A stretch of 32,000 nt of DNA from Candidatus Electrothrix sp. GW3-4 (GTDB taxonomy: Bacteria > Desulfobacterota > Desulfobulbia > Desulfobulbales > Desulfobulbaceae), in NCBI RefSeq assembly GCF_037902255.1, contig NZ_CP147990.1, positions 2,040,001 through 2,072,000 on the forward strand. Direction: 5' to 3'. Below, in pieces: positions 23,054 to 32,000 of the stretch (position 1 is its first letter; the number at the start of each line of letters is the position of its first letter). Below the pieces are notes generated by a model, which saw only the letters and a list, made by a program, of their open reading frames with translations, had not been told where the DNA came from and searched no databases. A program made the position numbers and the translations under genes.

Positions 23054-23164
23054 GTTGTTTTCCCCCTCCTAACATACCGCCAATTAGTGATGTTTACTAA
23101 AAATATAAAATAAGATTCCCATAGTAATTAGGTTCGAATAGTGTCGCACAATAACCAACTGAAC

Positions 23165-23198
23165 AAAAAAAGGGGCAAACCCAAAGGCCCGCCCCTTT
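23165..23198 (-). terminator. Rho-independent terminator of fdhA
   Basis: On the minus strand: AAAGGGGC, a 14-nt loop, GCCCCTTT, then a T-run. It begins about 48 nt after the fdhA stop. Confidence 0.75.
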
Positions 23199-23245
23199 CA
23201 ATTACTCCACAGAGCAACCGAAGTCACTCAATTTTTACCCGCAAA

Positions 23246-26200
23246 TCACCCCAAAACCTCAACCCGAATAGCACAAAGCTTATACTCCGGCGTACGAGAA
23301 AGCCGATCCAGCGCATCCAAGGTCAGGAAGTTAACCGGGGTCTCCTCATAATTATAGGTGGTGAAAATGGTGCCGGGCTGGCTCCGCTCGGTGATTTTCG
23401 CCTTAATATCCACCGTTCCCCGGCGGGAGGTGAGTTTCAGCATATCGCCCGACTTGATCCCCATCCGCTCGGCATCAACAGGATTAACTTCGGCCAGAGC
23501 CTCGGGTGCGATATCATCAATCTCCTCGGTTTTGCCGGTCATATTGCTGAAATTATAGCGGGCATAATGGCGGCCCGTGGTGAAGAGCATAGGGTACTCA
23601 TCATCCACTGGCTCCTTGGGTGCCATGTAGACTTCCGGTACAAACAGCCCCTTACCGCGCGTAAAGGACTCGGTATGGAGAACCGGGGTGCCCGGATGCT
23701 CAGTATCAGGCACCGGCCATTGCAGACCGACATCCTCAATGCGGGCGTAGGAAAGACCCTTGTACTGCGGTAAAAGTTCGCAGACTTCATTAAAGACATC
23801 TTCCGGACCTGCTATACCCATGGAGTAACCCATCCGCTCAGACAGCTCGCTGATGATCTGCCAATCCGGCTTAGCAATTCCCGGAGGTTCAACCGCCTTA
23901 CGTACTCGCTGTACCCGCCGTTCCGTGGAGGTGAAGGTGCCGTCTTTCTCGGCAAAACAGGCTGCTGGGAGAACCACGTCCGCTGCCTTGGCCGTGTCAT
24001 TGAGAAAGAGATCCTGGACAACAAGGAACTCCAGATGATCAAGGGCCTTGTGGACATGCCCGATATTAGCATCAGCAATGGCCGGATCTTCACCAAACAC
24101 GTAGAGGGCTCGGATTTCATCCTGGAGGATATTATCCCAGATCTCCGTGGCCGGCTTGCCGGGCTGCCGGGGTAATTTGACCTGCCAGCGTTCTTCGTAG
24201 CGGTCAAACAGCTGATCATTATCCAGCTTACCGTAACCGGGCATGGTGTTGAATAGAGCGCCCATGTCGCAGGCTCCCTGGACATTATTCTGTCCACGCA
24301 ACGGATTGCACCCGCCGCCTTCAACCCCGACCTTGCCGCAAAGCATGGCCATATTGGCGATGGATTTGACTCGGTCCGTACCGGTGTGATAATGGGTGAT
24401 GCCCATGCCGTGATAAATCGCATTGCGACCGGGAGCCGCATACATACGGGCGGCCTGCTCCAGTTGACTGATCGGGAGACCGGTGATTTCGGAAACCAGC
24501 TCCGGCGGATAGCCCTCCGCCATCTCTTGCATCTCCTCAAAATCTTCGGTGCGCTGGGCAACAAAATCCTTATCCCAGAGGTCTTCCTTCAGGATAATAT
24601 GCATCAAGCCGTTGAGCAGAGCCACGTCCGTGCCCGGTTGAATCCGCAACCAGAGATCAGCCCGTTCTGCCAGCTTGGTCCTGCGCGGATCAACCACCAC
24701 CAGTTTTGCATCCCCTTTATCCAAGGCCTGATGAATACGCAAGCCGATGGTGGGATGACTGGTGTCTGGATTGGACCCGATCATGAAAAAGAGATCTGTT
24801 TTGTTATTAACAACATCGGCGATTGAGTTGGTCATTGCGCCGGAACCGAATGTGATGGCCAGACTGGCCACCGTGGGAGCGTGTCAGAGCCGGGCACAGT
24901 GATCGATATTATTCGTCCCGATCACCGTGCGCATGAACTTCTGCATGAGGAAGTTTTCCTCGTTGGTTGCTCTGGCACAGGAAAATCCGGCAATGGAATC
25001 CGACCCGTGCTCCTTTTTGACCTTGGTCAGCCGCTCCGCAATAACATTATAGGCCTCGTCCCAGGAGGCTTCCACCAGCTTGCCGTCACGGCGAACCAGC
25101 GGAGTGGTCAGGCGTTTTTTATCCTGAGCAAAGTTAAAGGCAAAGCGACCCTTGACGCAGAGGGCTCCGTAGTTGGGAGCCAAATGCGACTCTGAGGTGG
25201 CCTCCATGATGGTGTCGCCCTTGACCTTGAGCTGCATCTGGCAGCCAGCCCCGCAGTAAGGACAGGTAGTGCGTACCTTACGAGTTTCCTCATAGAGGAT
25301 GGGAGAGAGCACATCCTTTTTGCAGATAGTGCCGGTAGAGCAGTTATCTGCGCATTGCCCGCAGTTCACACAGTTCTCATTAAAACGCAACGAGATGCCG
25401 GTGGCCCTGCCCTGCTCATCTACTGAAGCCTTCAGCTCCAGGGCATCATATGCACAGGCATTGACGCAGCGGCGACAGTACACGCATTTGTTCAGATCCA
25501 CATTGAGCATGGGATGCGAGCTGTCCAGGCTGTACACAGGCTCGGTGGCCATGCCGGTCTTGTTCAAATTGATATTATTATCAATACAGAGCTGCTTAAA
25601 ATCGCAGTCATCATAGGCCATGCAGCCGCATTCCAGACAACGATCCGCCTCCTGTCGGGCAGCCGCCTCATCAAAGCCCAGCCTGACTTCCTTGTTGTCC
25701 AGGACCGCGACCTCCGGGTGCCGGTCCGGCATAGGGGTCCGATCCCGCCTATCAAACCGCTCCAATACCCTGGTATCCACAGCATCAAAGGACTTACCGC
25801 GGCTGAAGTTAAAACGACTTTCCGCCGAAGGGGCAGCGATCCCCATCAGATCGGTGTGAATGTTCTCTGCCGCCTTGCGCCCGGAGCTCACCACCTGAAT
25901 CAGGGCACGGCTACCGCTGGCTGCCTCACCTGCCGCATAGACCCGATCCATACTGGTCATTGAGGTCTTGATATTGGCCTTGATCAGATTCTTCGGGGTG
26001 AAGTCCACCGGAACCGGGGGCTCGCCCTGTTCCTCTGTATAGGCCATCTGTCCCTGAGCATGAATGATTGTGTCCACCAGCAGGACCTCAAAGACATCCG
26101 GGACCGGCTGCAGCTGCCGTTTTCCTTTATCATTCGGTTCCCCCAACTCCATCTGGTTCAGAACCAGCTCCAATCCAGAGCCCAGCTGTCTGATTTCACA

Positions 26201-27364
26201 GGGGTCAACCATAAACAGGAAATGCACGTTTTCCTTGACAGCTTCGCTGACCGCCTTGGGGCTGGCAGGTAACTCGGTTTCGTCAGCGCGCAGGCTGACC
26301 ACCGTGACCTCCTCATACCCCAGCCGGATCAGACTGCGGGCGTTTTCCAGGGCAATATTATTGCCGCCGATCACTGCTGCTGTTTTCCCCTTGCGCAGTT
26401 GGCTGGTGTCACCAACATTGTACTGTCGAAGGGACTGCAGCCCCGGCAACACCCCAGGCAGGTCGACGCCTGGAATCTCCAGGGGCTGATCAATCCCGGC
26501 CCCGATGGTCAACAGGACGGCATCAAACTGATTCTTCAACTCGTCCAGGGTGACATCCTGGCCCAGACGATGATTGCATCGGACCGCAATGCCAAGTTTG
26601 AGAATGGTCGCGATCTCGTAGTCCAACACCTTTTTCGGTAGTTTAAACTCCGGAATGCTGTAGCGGAGCAGACCGCCCAGCTCCTCCTCTGCCTCAAAAA
26701 TGGTGACCGCATGCCCGTTTTTGGCCAGATAATAGGCTGCTGATAAGCCTCCGGGCCCACCACCGATCACGGCAATCTTTTTGCCGGTGGCAGGTTGGGA
26801 TTGAATACCAAGATCAATCGTATTGCTCATGCACCAATCAGCAGCAAAACGCTTCAGATGGTTGATGGCAATGGGCGCATCCAGCAGGACCCGACGACAA
26901 CGGCTCTCACAAAAACGGCGGCAGAGCCGCCCCACGGAAAACGGCAGCGGGTTCTTCTCCATAACCAGTCGGACGGCCTCTGCGTACTGCCCTTTGGCGA
27001 TATGGGCGATATAGCCCTGGACATTGATCTGGCCTGGGCAGGTCAGGCTGCATGGAGCTTTGCAGTCGCCAAAATGGATGGATGCCAGCGCAGCAACCCG
27101 TTCTTGACGATGCGCTTTGAGCTCATCATTATCCGTGATAATGACCATCCCCTCCTCGACCAGGGTTGAGCAGGATTTGATAAAGCCCTCCCGTCCCTCG
27201 CAGGCAACAACACAGACCTCGCAATGGGACTCCTGAGATTTTTTTTCCGGGAGGTGGCAAAGAGTCGGAATAGTGATTCCGGCTTGGCGGGCAGCTTCCA
27301 GTATGGTTGCGCCCTGTTCGACCGAAACCTGAACGGCATCAACGGACAGGCTGATTTTTTTCAT
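23246..27364 (-). CDS. fdhA: Selenocysteine-containing formate dehydrogenase fusion protein: 2Fe-2S ferredoxin, GltD-like NAD(P)H/FAD oxidoreductase, 4Fe-4S clusters and the molybdopterin FdhA catalytic domain (1372 aa, Sec at residue 827)
   Basis: Track ORFs 24884-27364 and 23246-24871 are in one frame, joined by TGA (24884-24886) in the context [29 protein letters not shown]. This is the conserved Sec/Cys position of FdhA/FdhF enzymes. Domain evidence is as follows. The N-terminus has ITIPTLCH...CEVCVV. The GltD-like part has KIAVIGGGPGGLSAAYYLAKNGH. The ferredoxin motifs are CVYCRRCVNAC and CVNCGQCADNC. The Mo-enzyme 4Fe-4S motif is TTCPYCGAGCQM. The C-terminal part ends ...TIFTTYNY.... 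Confidence 0.9.
24850..24886 (-). promoter_or_regulatory. Candidate bacterial SECIS element downstream of the UGA codon
   Basis: The mRNA reads UGA CAC GCU CCC ACG GUG GCC AGU CUG GCC AUC ACA. GGUGGCC and GGCCAUC form a 7-bp stem (24854-24872) with loop AGUCU, starting 12 nt after the UGA. The geometry and loop resemble the E. coli fdhF SECIS (GCAGGUCUGCAC). Confidence 0.6.
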
Positions 27365-27457
27365 ACGTTTGATGTCCTCAGCGGTAACTTTTTAGAAAAA
27401 TGACAACGGCTTTTGGGCTCAAAAATAATATTGAACAGATATGTTAAAAACACCGGT

Positions 27458-27485
27458 ATAATAACAATTTTGAAAAAAATGTCAA
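27458..27485 (-). promoter_or_regulatory. Candidate sigma70-type promoter of fdhA
   Basis: On the minus strand: TTGACA (27480-27485), a 16-nt spacer, then TATTAT (27458-27463), about 95 nt upstream of the fdhA ATG. Sequence match only. Confidence 0.25.
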
Positions 27486-27589
27486 CATTACAAAGAGGTG
27501 AAGAAAGAATTCCTGTGAATAATTATCATGATAGATAATATTTTTTCTCACTCGCCCGCTCAAAGAGAGGACAACCAGGGGATATATGA

Positions 27590-30340
27590 TCAAGATTGAT
27601 GCGAGGCGATACGCCTGAGAACCTCTTGGAGCTCAGCCTCCATCTGCGCAACCAGATCAGCTTCCGAAGCCTTATTTACGGACTTGATCTTGCAGAGACG
27701 ATGTTCCAGCTCTTCCGAGAGTCTATTCAACCAAGGTGCTCCGATAGCACCAGCTGCTGATTTCAGATTATGGGCCTGGCGATGTGCTTCTTCGCCATTA
27801 CCGTCAGTAAGGGCCTGACGAATTCGCAAAACTGTCTCGCCATGATTATCGACAAAGGCTTTCAGGATAATAGGATTATCAAGCAAGGCCACAACATGCT
27901 CTTCCGGTTCAACCTGCTCAGCTGACTCATCCTGCAACGAGGCCTCTAGGGGAGCTAAAGGAGCACAGACCGCACTGCATTCGTCTTTTCCCTCTTTAAC
28001 GGGTTCTTCAGGTGATTCTTCAGGTAACCAGTATTCAAGGGTATTAAAGAAGGTCTGGGGATCAATGGGCTTACTGACGACATCATTCATTCCACTCCGA
28101 AGACAGTTTTTTCGGGTTGTTCCGCTTGCATCGGCTGTTAGGGCGATGATCGGCAGATCTGCACAATCCGGCAGTTCATGAATAGCCATCCCTGCCTCAA
28201 CACCGTTCATCCGGGGCATATTCAAATCCATCAGCACCAGATCATATCGCTTTATCTGCACCATTTCAACCGCCTCGACACCATCCTCGGCACTTTCAAC
28301 GGTCAGACCAGCCAGCTTGATCAACTCCTCGGCAACCAAACGATTAAAGGGATTATCATCCACCAGCAGGACCCTTCCCCCTGCAAGAGGTTTGGGCAAA
28401 ATATTGCCATCTCCAGGGACATACACGGCCTTACCGCCCTTTTCTTCTGGCACTGAATTTAACGGCAGCACAACCTGAAAAATACTCCCCTGATACAATT
28501 TACATTCAGCCTGGATACTTCCTCCCATCAGCTCGGTGAGCTGGCGAGCGATGCTCAACCCTAAACCAGTGCCCCCGGGTCGCGTAGCAGATCGACCCAC
28601 CTGCTGAAACGGACTAAAAATACTTTGTAATTTATCATCGCGAATCCCGACCCCCGTATCAGAAACCCTGAACAGGAGCCACTCTTCATTATCCTGGTAG
28701 AGTTCAACACTCACCTTTACCCGGCCGCTTTCGGTAAATTTTATGGCATTACTCACCAGGTTAATCAGAATTTGCCCAACCCGTTGTTGATCACCGTACC
28801 AGTATTCTGGCATCTCTTTTTCCATGCTCATCTGAAAATCAAGCCCCTTCATCTGAGCACTGATCTTATACGGCTCAAGCTTATCCAGGAGATCTGCGAG
28901 CCTGAAAACGCCCTGGTTCAGCTCCATTTTTCCTGCTTCTACCTTGGCAGAATCAAGGAGATCGTTGGTCAGGTCCAGCAATGACTCGGATGATCGTCGA
29001 ACGATCTCTAACCAGTGTTTTCGCCTGCTGTCAAGCGGGGCACCGAGGTCAGCACCAAGGCATAATCTTGTCAGATTGATAATGGCGTTCATCGGGGTAC
29101 GGATCTCGTGGCTTATGGCTGCAACAAAAGCACTTTTCGCCTCATTGGCATCCTCTGCCTCTTTCGCAGCGCTTTTCAGACGCTGTTCACGCTGCTGAAT
29201 CTGCTCAAGAAAATAATTTATTCCCGCAGCTAGCGAGGTCAACTCATCATCTCCTGTTTCCCGAACAGCAATCATCTTATCTGCTTCCTCTGTACTGTAT
29301 TCAATCAACTCCCGTCGAAGCACAAGAATACGCGAGATAATAGAACGGCGCACAAAGATATAAATCGCAGTTAAAGAAGCAATCACCAAGACCGCCAGAA
29401 AAGAGAGGTAAAAACGAAATCTATGCAATTCCACCACTGTTCCCTGTTCATCCCCCATAGTGACCTTCTTTGTATCTACATGCAGATGACGAGAAGAGGC
29501 AAGTAACACAGCAGCATAACTTCGCCCCTTAAAAAGGCATTCATCTATGCGATCCTGCAACTTCATCTTCTCAGAGCAAAGAAAAAAAAGTCCATTATCA
29601 CCAAGAGCATAGGCGGTCATCTCTCTTTGATACCCACGGAGTTTCTCGCTGGTTTCCCCAGGAAGCTGCTCCAATATCTTGGTTGCATGAGCCATATCCT
29701 GTTCCAATTGCCAGGCATAGGTCTCAACATGCTGCTGATATCGACTTGTATACGAGGTCATCAGGAGGGATATGGCACGAAAAATCGTTGCATACCACTC
29801 CTTGAGAGCAGCGGATTGGGACATTGTTGATTGGGGAACAGGCAGGGGATTATCGTCAGTAACTTCTTTGAGTAAGACAGCCAAGCGCTTATGGACCCGC
29901 TCCAGTTGCCGCTTAATCCGCAACTGCTTTTCCTTCAAAGCAACCAGATCCAACTGATTATCAGCGACACGACGATATTGACTGGCAAGAATTTGTAGAT
30001 TAATATTAGCCTGATGACCAGGATCAACCTGGGAGACAATATCCGTAATGCGCGTCATGGATTGCTCAATCAGGCCTTGAATATCCACAAAAAGATAGTT
30101 TTCCTGCGACATCAAGATGTCCTGCGTATGAGAGACCAGCACCCTGGCTTCCTGCTCCAGCTCGGCGGCAGTCATCAACGCAGGCATTTCGTGAGTAATT
30201 TTCTCGAAACGAATATGAAAGGAGTTGAAACGAATAAGGATAAAGAGGACACTACCACACAGAACAGCCGCAACCAAGAAAAGGCCAAAGAGGATACGCT
30301 GGCTGATTCCACAATGCATTATAGAGAGGTCCTCGGACAT
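27590..30340 (-). CDS. Hybrid sensor histidine kinase (two-TM sensor domain, HisKA, HATPase_c, REC, HPt)
   Basis: The H-box is [16 protein letters not shown] and the G-box is [19 protein letters not shown]. The REC domain has [12 protein letters not shown]...[14 protein letters not shown]...ALTADA. The C-terminal HPt motif is [17 protein letters not shown] took the start as ATG 30338-30340; the track uses the preceding TTG. M9 (MHCGIS..., with GAGGA upstream) is an alternative start. Confidence 0.9.
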   Translation of the reverse strand: MSEDLSIMHCGISQRILFGLFLVAAVLCGSVLFILIRFNSFHIRFEKITHEMPALMTAAELEQEARVLVSHTQDILMSQENYLFVDIQGLIEQSMTRITDIVSQVDPGHQANINLQILASQYRRVADNQLDLVALKEKQLRIKRQLERVHKRLAVLLKEVTDDNPLPVPQSTMSQSAALKEWYATIFRAISLLMTSYTSRYQQHVETYAWQLEQDMAHATKILEQLPGETSEKLRGYQREMTAYALGDNGLFFLCSEKMKLQDRIDECLFKGRSYAAVLLASSRHLHVDTKKVTMGDEQGTVVELHRFRFYLSFLAVLVIASLTAIYIFVRRSIISRILVLRRELIEYSTEEADKMIAVRETGDDELTSLAAGINYFLEQIQQREQRLKSAAKEAEDANEAKSAFVAAISHEIRTPMNAIINLTRLCLGADLGAPLDSRRKHWLEIVRRSSESLLDLTNDLLDSAKVEAGKMELNQGVFRLADLLDKLEPYKISAQMKGLDFQMSMEKEMPEYWYGDQQRVGQILINLVSNAIKFTESGRVKVSVELYQDNEEWLLFRVSDTGVGIRDDKLQSIFSPFQQVGRSATRPGGTGLGLSIARQLTELMGGSIQAECKLYQGSIFQVVLPLNSVPEEKGGKAVYVPGDGNILPKPLAGGRVLLVDDNPFNRLVAEELIKLAGLTVESAEDGVEAVEMVQIKRYDLVLMDLNMPRMNGVEAGMAIHELPDCADLPIIALTADASGTTRKNCLRSGMNDVVSKPIDPQTFFNTLEYWLPEESPEEPVKEGKDECSAVCAPLAPLEASLQDESAEQVEPEEHVVALLDNPIILKAFVDNHGETVLRIRQALTDGNGEEAHRQAHNLKSAAGAIGAPWLNRLSEELEHRLCKIKSVNKASEADLVAQMEAELQEVLRRIASHQS

Positions 30341-30415
30341 CAACGTCTCAACACCAGCAGATTTTGGGAATGGGAAACATCCAGAAAACGCATAACTGCC
30401 TTCCTTGAGGAGATA

Positions 30416-31285
30416 TTAATCCATCGAACTCAAATAATTATACAGATTCACTTTTCGATTCGTGATATTTAATTTCTTCCTGATTGTTTTACGGTGAGAG
30501 GCAATCGTACTGACAGAGATATTACAGATCTCAGAAATCTCTTTACTTGATTTTCCCTGTTTTATCAAATTAACAATCTGTAATTCCGTGGGAGAGAGGG
30601 CTTTTCCCAGTTCAATCCCACCAGGGACAAAGGGTTTTGTGAGCTTCTGAAAAACATGCTCAATCTCCAACAACAAGGCCTCTTGCTTCTCAGCGTCCCG
30701 TTCCTCACTTAGCTCCCGCACCTTGGGAAGAATGAGTTTTTCCGCCTTAAATTGGACCCGTTCTGCCAGCTCCTTTTTTTCTTCTTCTATTGCAGAGAGA
30801 AGGACCTTAAGCGCTGTATTGGCATCCTGCACCTTGCTCTCCTTATTTTGCAGTTCTTCATCCCTGTTTTCCAGCTCATGCACCAATCGTTTATTCACCC
30901 GATGCAGGGTCAGGTGGGTGCGCAGCCTGATCAAGACCTCTTTTTCTGAAAACGGTTTGGTGATATAATCTACTCCACCTGCCTCAAAGGCATTTATTTT
31001 TTCCTCAGTTGAATGCAAACCACTCAGAAAGATAATGGGAATACCCTCAGGTCCCTCATTCTCCTTCAGACGTTGACAGGTCTCATAGCCGTCCATGTTA
31101 GGCATAATAATATCAAGAAGAATAATATCAGGCTGTTGCCTACTGACTATTTCAATGGCTGAAGCTCCATCCGATGCAGTGATCAGTTCATATCCTGAAT
31201 CTTTGAGCAAGATCTGCAACTGAATAATTCCAAAAGGATCATCGTCAACAATAAGTACTGTACACGGGCTGTCTGGAAATTCCAT
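30416..31285 (-). CDS. Response regulator: REC domain, coiled-coil linker, LuxR/FixJ-type HTH
   Basis: The REC domain has VLIVDDDPF...PDIILLDIIMPNMDGYE...SGLHSTEEKINAFEAGGVDYITKP. The C-terminus, LSPTELQIVNLIKQGKSSKEISEICNISVSTIASHRKTIRKKL, is a LuxR HTH. The start at ATG 31283-31285 is preferred over the TTG at 31312, but neither has a clear RBS. Confidence 0.85.
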   Translation of the reverse strand: MEFPDSPCTVLIVDDDPFGIIQLQILLKDSGYELITASDGASAIEIVSRQQPDIILLDIIMPNMDGYETCQRLKENEGPEGIPIIFLSGLHSTEEKINAFEAGGVDYITKPFSEKEVLIRLRTHLTLHRVNKRLVHELENRDEELQNKESKVQDANTALKVLLSAIEEEKKELAERVQFKAEKLILPKVRELSEERDAEKQEALLLEIEHVFQKLTKPFVPGGIELGKALSPTELQIVNLIKQGKSSKEISEICNISVSTIASHRKTIRKKLNITNRKVNLYNYLSSMD

Positions 31286-31527
31286 ATTGTTTGCAAAGGC
31301 TAAGGTGAGCAAATAATCTTGTATACTTTATAAGTATAATTTGTTTAATATTTTTATCATAGCGAAAAAGTAAATACAAGATTTGAAACTGCTTATTTAA
31401 TTTTCTTTACAACCCGTTTCTATAAGGAAAAACAAGATTATTGGCAAAATTTACTCCTTTTTTTCAAGAAAAAAACGACTATACTTCCTTTTTCTTCCAA
31501 ACTGTTACCCTCTTTTTTGGAGTGACT

Positions 31528-32000
31528 ATGCAACTTGCATGCAACAATCTCAGCTTCCAATATCCAGACAGTGGAGCGAGAGTGCTTGATCGCCTCTCTT
31601 TTAGCCTGCAGGGCCCTGGGATTCATGCCGTGTTTGGTCCTTCCGGGATAGGAAAGACCTCGTTGGCTCGGATTATCTCCACCGGAATCACCAGGTATGA
31701 GGGTGACCTCTGTCTCAAAGAGATCAAGACGGTCCTTTACACCTATAATATGGAACGGTTACCGACCTGGGCAAGCATCCAGAGCTTACTGAAACAGGTA
31801 ACACCATCAGGACGCGAGCCCTTGCTTGAAGAACTGGTGAGAGTTTTCGCCCTGGAGGAGCTGATGGATGCTCGTTTTTCTCGCCTCTCGTTGGGTCAAC
31901 AAAATCGAGCCAACCTGGTTCGCTATCTGGTGCAGGACTTTGACCTCCTGATCCTTGACGAAAGCCTGGCCAATGTAGATGAAAGACTGCGCCAGATCAT
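31528..32000 (+). CDS. ABC transporter ATP-binding protein, N-terminal part; continues beyond the window
   Basis: ATG at 31528 with GGAG 5 nt upstream. The frame stays open to the window end. Walker A is GPSGIGKTS, the signature is LSLGQQ, and Walker B is LLILDE. It is absent from the ORF track because there is no stop in the window. Confidence 0.85.
   Translation, partial: MQLACNNLSFQYPDSGARVLDRLSFSLQGPGIHAVFGPSGIGKTSLARIISTGITRYEGDLCLKEIKTVLYTYNMERLPTWASIQSLLKQVTPSGREPLLEELVRVFALEELMDARFSRLSLGQQNRANLVRYLVQDFDLLILDESLANVDERLRQI

Noticed and set aside
23246-27364. Treating 24884-27364 (826 aa) and 23246-24871 (541 aa) as two separate genes, or as a pseudogene.
   Set aside because: They are in the same frame. 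The single TGA falls exactly at the conserved Sec/Cys catalytic position (HCARL-U-HAP), and a SECIS-like hairpin follows. The downstream ORF would need a GTG start inside a conserved domain and has no RBS.

Overview
This 32-kb window looks like it comes from an anaerobic bacterium. It mixes conserved redox and nitrogen-metabolism genes with at least three accessory insertions. No taxonomic assignment is possible from the sequence alone.

Core genes:
- The 3' end of an MGMT/Ogt DNA methyltransferase (1-241).
- An exported PPC-domain protein (599-1624).
- A minus-strand, archaeal-type split glutamate synthase operon: the GATase subunit (9042-10178), the ferredoxin+FMN subunit (7444-9084), and a fusion of GXGXG, GltD-like and ferredoxin domains (3443-5800).
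- A 680-aa exported protein of unknown function, and a YkgJ-type Cys-cluster protein.
- A 1372-aa selenocysteine formate dehydrogenase mega-fusion (23246-27364). The ORF track splits it at an in-frame TGA at 24884-24886.
- A hybrid histidine kinase with a REC-LuxR response regulator, and the start of an ABC ATPase.

Accessory content:
1. An AT-rich two-ORF locus (1835-3228). Its distal protein carries an RNSIVH (Rx4H) HEPN motif.
2. A HEPN/MNT toxin-antitoxin (TA) pair plus a doubly interrupted Fic/Doc pseudogene, wedged inside the glutamate synthase operon (5811-7286).
3. An island of about 10 kb (about 13.1-23.2 kb). It holds a pRiA4b-ORF3-like gene, a frameshifted IS1182-family transposase, and five type II TA modules: yefM-yoeB, higBA, two vapBC-like pairs, and phd-vapC. 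Five copies of a ~190-bp repeat punctuate the TA modules. The repeat consists of the 3' end of a HigA-family antitoxin gene plus a conserved ~95-bp tail that ends in a hairpin. The island also contains a diverged duplicate of the fdhA 3' end and a very AT-rich 420-aa polytopic membrane ORFan.

The most interesting items are the repeat-punctuated TA cassette array, the HEPN locus, and the selenoprotein FDH fusion. All functional calls rest on motif recognition by eye. No database searches were run.
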